Below, piece by piece: positions 30,194 through 32,000 of a DNA stretch of 32,000 nt (positions within the stretch are counted from its first letter, which is position 1; each line of letters starts with the position of its first letter). The translations under genes were made by a program, and so were the position numbers. This DNA comes from Mycolicibacterium smegmatis. Its GTDB lineage: Bacteria > Actinomycetota > Actinomycetes > Mycobacteriales > Mycobacteriaceae. The stretch spans positions 720,001-752,000 of the forward strand of contig NZ_LN831039.1 in the NCBI RefSeq assembly GCF_001457595.1, given 5' to 3'. The notes below the pieces were generated by a model. It did not search any database and had not been told where the DNA came from. It saw only the letters and a list, made by a program, of their open reading frames with translations.

Positions 30194-30688
30194 TTACGGG
30201 TGGTACTGCACGCCGACGGCCCGGAACACGTACTCGGGACCGACGTCGAACGCGAGCGACCGCCGCGGCAGGCGCGCCAGGACGTCCTCGGGTATGGCGA
30301 CCTTGTAGTGCAGGGACAGATGTCCTTCGAAATGCCCGTAGCGGTGGCCGTCGACCCGGGCCAGATCGGCCTCGATCACCAGGCCATGGGCGGACAGTTC
30401 GGCGGTCACCGCCCCGTTCTGCGGTGCCGACCACGGCTGGTCGACGGTGCGGCCCGCCAGCTTGGGCAGGGTCGCCAGGGTCGCCAGCGCGCGTTGTTCG
30501 GTGAGCATCACCGAGCCGGCGTAGCTGGAAACGCTGTTCGCGGCGCGTTTGCCCGGGATGGCGCCGCTGAACCGCCTGGTCACCGGGACGTACTCGGCCA
30601 GGAACAGCACGCCTTCGGCCTCGGCCTCCGCACGCAGGGCATCGGGCAGTTCACCGATGCGCAAGAGCTTTCGCAGGAACAGTGCCAC
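30194..30688 (-). CDS. Conserved hypothetical protein, 164 aa
   Basis: Well-formed ORF with coding-like composition; no motif I can assign with confidence. Confidence 0.6.
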   Translation of the reverse strand: MALFLRKLLRIGELPDALRAEAEAEGVLFLAEYVPVTRRFSGAIPGKRAANSVSSYAGSVMLTEQRALATLATLPKLAGRTVDQPWSAPQNGAVTAELSAHGLVIEADLARVDGHRYGHFEGHLSLHYKVAIPEDVLARLPRRSLAFDVGPEYVFRAVGVQYHP

Positions 30689-30755
30689 CCCTGCACGGTA
30701 GCTCGCCGCGACGTGTCACCGGGCGGTGCCACGTGTGGCTGGTAGAGATGGTCGG

Positions 30756-31427
30756 GTGGAGAGAACCCGCGGGTTGCTGATCGCGTCGGCGCTGGTGGCT
30801 GTCGCGGTGTATGCGCTCATGTGGATCGGGTACCGGTCGGGATGGCCGTGGCTGGTCTCGTTCGACGACGCCGGGCTGGATCCGGCGTTCCGCTTCGGCA
30901 CCGAGCACCCGGCCTGGGTGACGGCCTGGAATGTGTTCTGCACCGTGCTGGGGCCGTACTCGTTTCGCGCGGTGTTCGCGGTCTTCATCGTCGTGGCACT
31001 CATAAGGCGGCACTTCCGGCCCGCGGTGTTCGCCCTGTTGTCGGTCGAGCTGAGCGGATTGGTGACGCAGCTGGCGAAGCTGGCGTCCGACCGTCCGCGC
31101 CCGCCCACCGCGCTCGTGTACGCGTCGTGGACGTCGTTTCCGTCCGGTCATGCGCTCGGGGTGATGGTGTGCGTGCCGGCCCTGCTCGCGCTCGTGTGGC
31201 CGCTGCTGCGCGGCGCGTGGCGCGGCTGGGCGGTGGCCGCGGGCGCGCTGGTCATCGTCGCCATCGGTGTGGGGCGCGTGGTGCTCAACGTGCACCACCC
31301 GTCCGATGTCGTCGCGGGCTGGGCGCTGGGCTACGCGTTCTTCGTGGTGTGCCTGCTGCTCGCGCCGCCGTATCCCGACGTCAGGGCAAGGGGCGAAATA
31401 CCGGAAGTGCGCGGTATCGCGACGTGA
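30756..31427 (+). CDS. Phosphatase PAP2 family membrane protein
   Basis: PAP2 motifs KLASDRPRPP, SFPSGHALG and GVGRVVLNVHHPSDVVAGWALG with surrounding TM helices. GTG start chosen; ORF open to 30726. Confidence 0.92.
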   Translation: MERTRGLLIASALVAVAVYALMWIGYRSGWPWLVSFDDAGLDPAFRFGTEHPAWVTAWNVFCTVLGPYSFRAVFAVFIVVALIRRHFRPAVFALLSVELSGLVTQLAKLASDRPRPPTALVYASWTSFPSGHALGVMVCVPALLALVWPLLRGAWRGWAVAAGALVIVAIGVGRVVLNVHHPSDVVAGWALGYAFFVVCLLLAPPYPDVRARGEIPEVRGIAT

Positions 31428-32000
31428 ACGTCGCCTCGGTGTAGGGCTCGCCGACCTCGCCGTCGTGCGCCAGCACCGTCGGCCCGTCGACGGTCTCGAA
31501 GTGGAACTGCGGCACCTGCATCTCGTGGTAGAGCGGGCTGCGTTCGAGCCGGCCCAGCAGCATCGAGGTCGCGATGCGCAGCCGCCCGAACCGTTTGCCC
31601 GTCTCGAGGATCCGGACGTCGATGAGGCCGTCGTCCATGCGCGGCCGCAACGACGGCGCGAAACCGGACGGGAAGTACACCGAGTTGCCCAGGAAGAACA
31701 GCGAGGTCTCGACGGTCTTGTCGTCGTAGGTGATGCGCACCGGTTCGTCGCGGCGCAGCGTGAGGTACAGCGCGTACGCGGCCGCGACGCGCTTGCCCAG
31801 GCGGTGCTCGAGCTTCTCGCGGATCCGCACGAACTTGGGGTAGGCGCCGATGCTGGCGGTGTTGAGCACCATGTGCTTGTCGTTGAGGCACACCAGGTCC
31901 ACGTATGCCGCACTGCCCTGCCGGATGGCCTCGACCGTGCGGGCCACGGTGTCGCAGCCGATGTCCTTCGCGAAGTGGTTGAATGTGCCGCCCGGGAACA
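31381..32000 (-). CDS. Diacylglycerol kinase family (YegS/DgkB-like) lipid kinase, 5' end outside the window
   Basis: The translated right edge reads FPGGTFNHFAKDIGCDTVARTVEAIRQG, then LNTASIGAYPKFVRIREKLEHRLGKRVAAAYA and the C-terminal FETVDGPTVLAHDGEVGEP; this matches catalytic-domain diacylglycerol kinase proteins. Confidence 0.88.
   Translation of the reverse strand, partial: FPGGTFNHFAKDIGCDTVARTVEAIRQGSAAYVDLVCLNDKHMVLNTASIGAYPKFVRIREKLEHRLGKRVAAAYALYLTLRRDEPVRITYDDKTVETSLFFLGNSVYFPSGFAPSLRPRMDDGLIDVRILETGKRFGRLRIATSMLLGRLERSPLYHEMQVPQFHFETVDGPTVLAHDGEVGEPYTEATFTSRYRALPVFRPLP

Noticed and set aside
1-32000. CRISPR arrays, prophage, IS elements, tRNA or rRNA genes
   Set aside because: I saw no regularly spaced repeats, transposase or integrase motifs, or structural RNA signatures on reading the sequence. 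Small tRNAs cannot be fully excluded without a covariance-model scan.

Overview
This window is GC-rich mycobacterial chromosome. Gene content and protein sequences are very like Mycobacterium smegmatis or a close relative; that identification rests on recalled family sequences, not a search. The core (about 8.5-23.1 kb) is a complete, intact ESX-3 type VII secretion locus in canonical order: eccA3-eccB3-eccC3-PE5-PPE4-esxG-esxH-espG3-eccD3-mycP3-eccE3. It is preceded by an IdeR-box-like sequence and a candidate promoter. ESX-3 is a well-described system, so it is not a novel discovery. The left flank holds an enolase-like paralogue with altered catalytic motifs, a truncated pntA joined to a carboxylesterase remnant, an XRE/MmyB-type regulator whose C-terminus reads antisense into that remnant, a metallo-beta-lactamase-fold/esterase pair, a TetR regulator with a DUF2236 protein, a VapBC-like module and a SAM methyltransferase. 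The right flank holds an alpha/beta-hydrolase-like protein, a GT39-like membrane protein, an amidohydrolase, a trans-aconitate methyltransferase, a Stf0 trehalose sulfotransferase next to a sulfatase, a PAP2 phosphatase and a partial diacylglycerol-kinase-like gene. I found no CRISPR array, rRNA, tRNA or intact mobile element. The observations most worth following are the enolase-like protein, the sulfotransferase/sulfatase pair, the pntA/esterase/regulator scar, a 59-bp nested dyad after the esterase and a tandem 9-bp repeat upstream of vapB. I did not find convincing evidence for a wholly new system.
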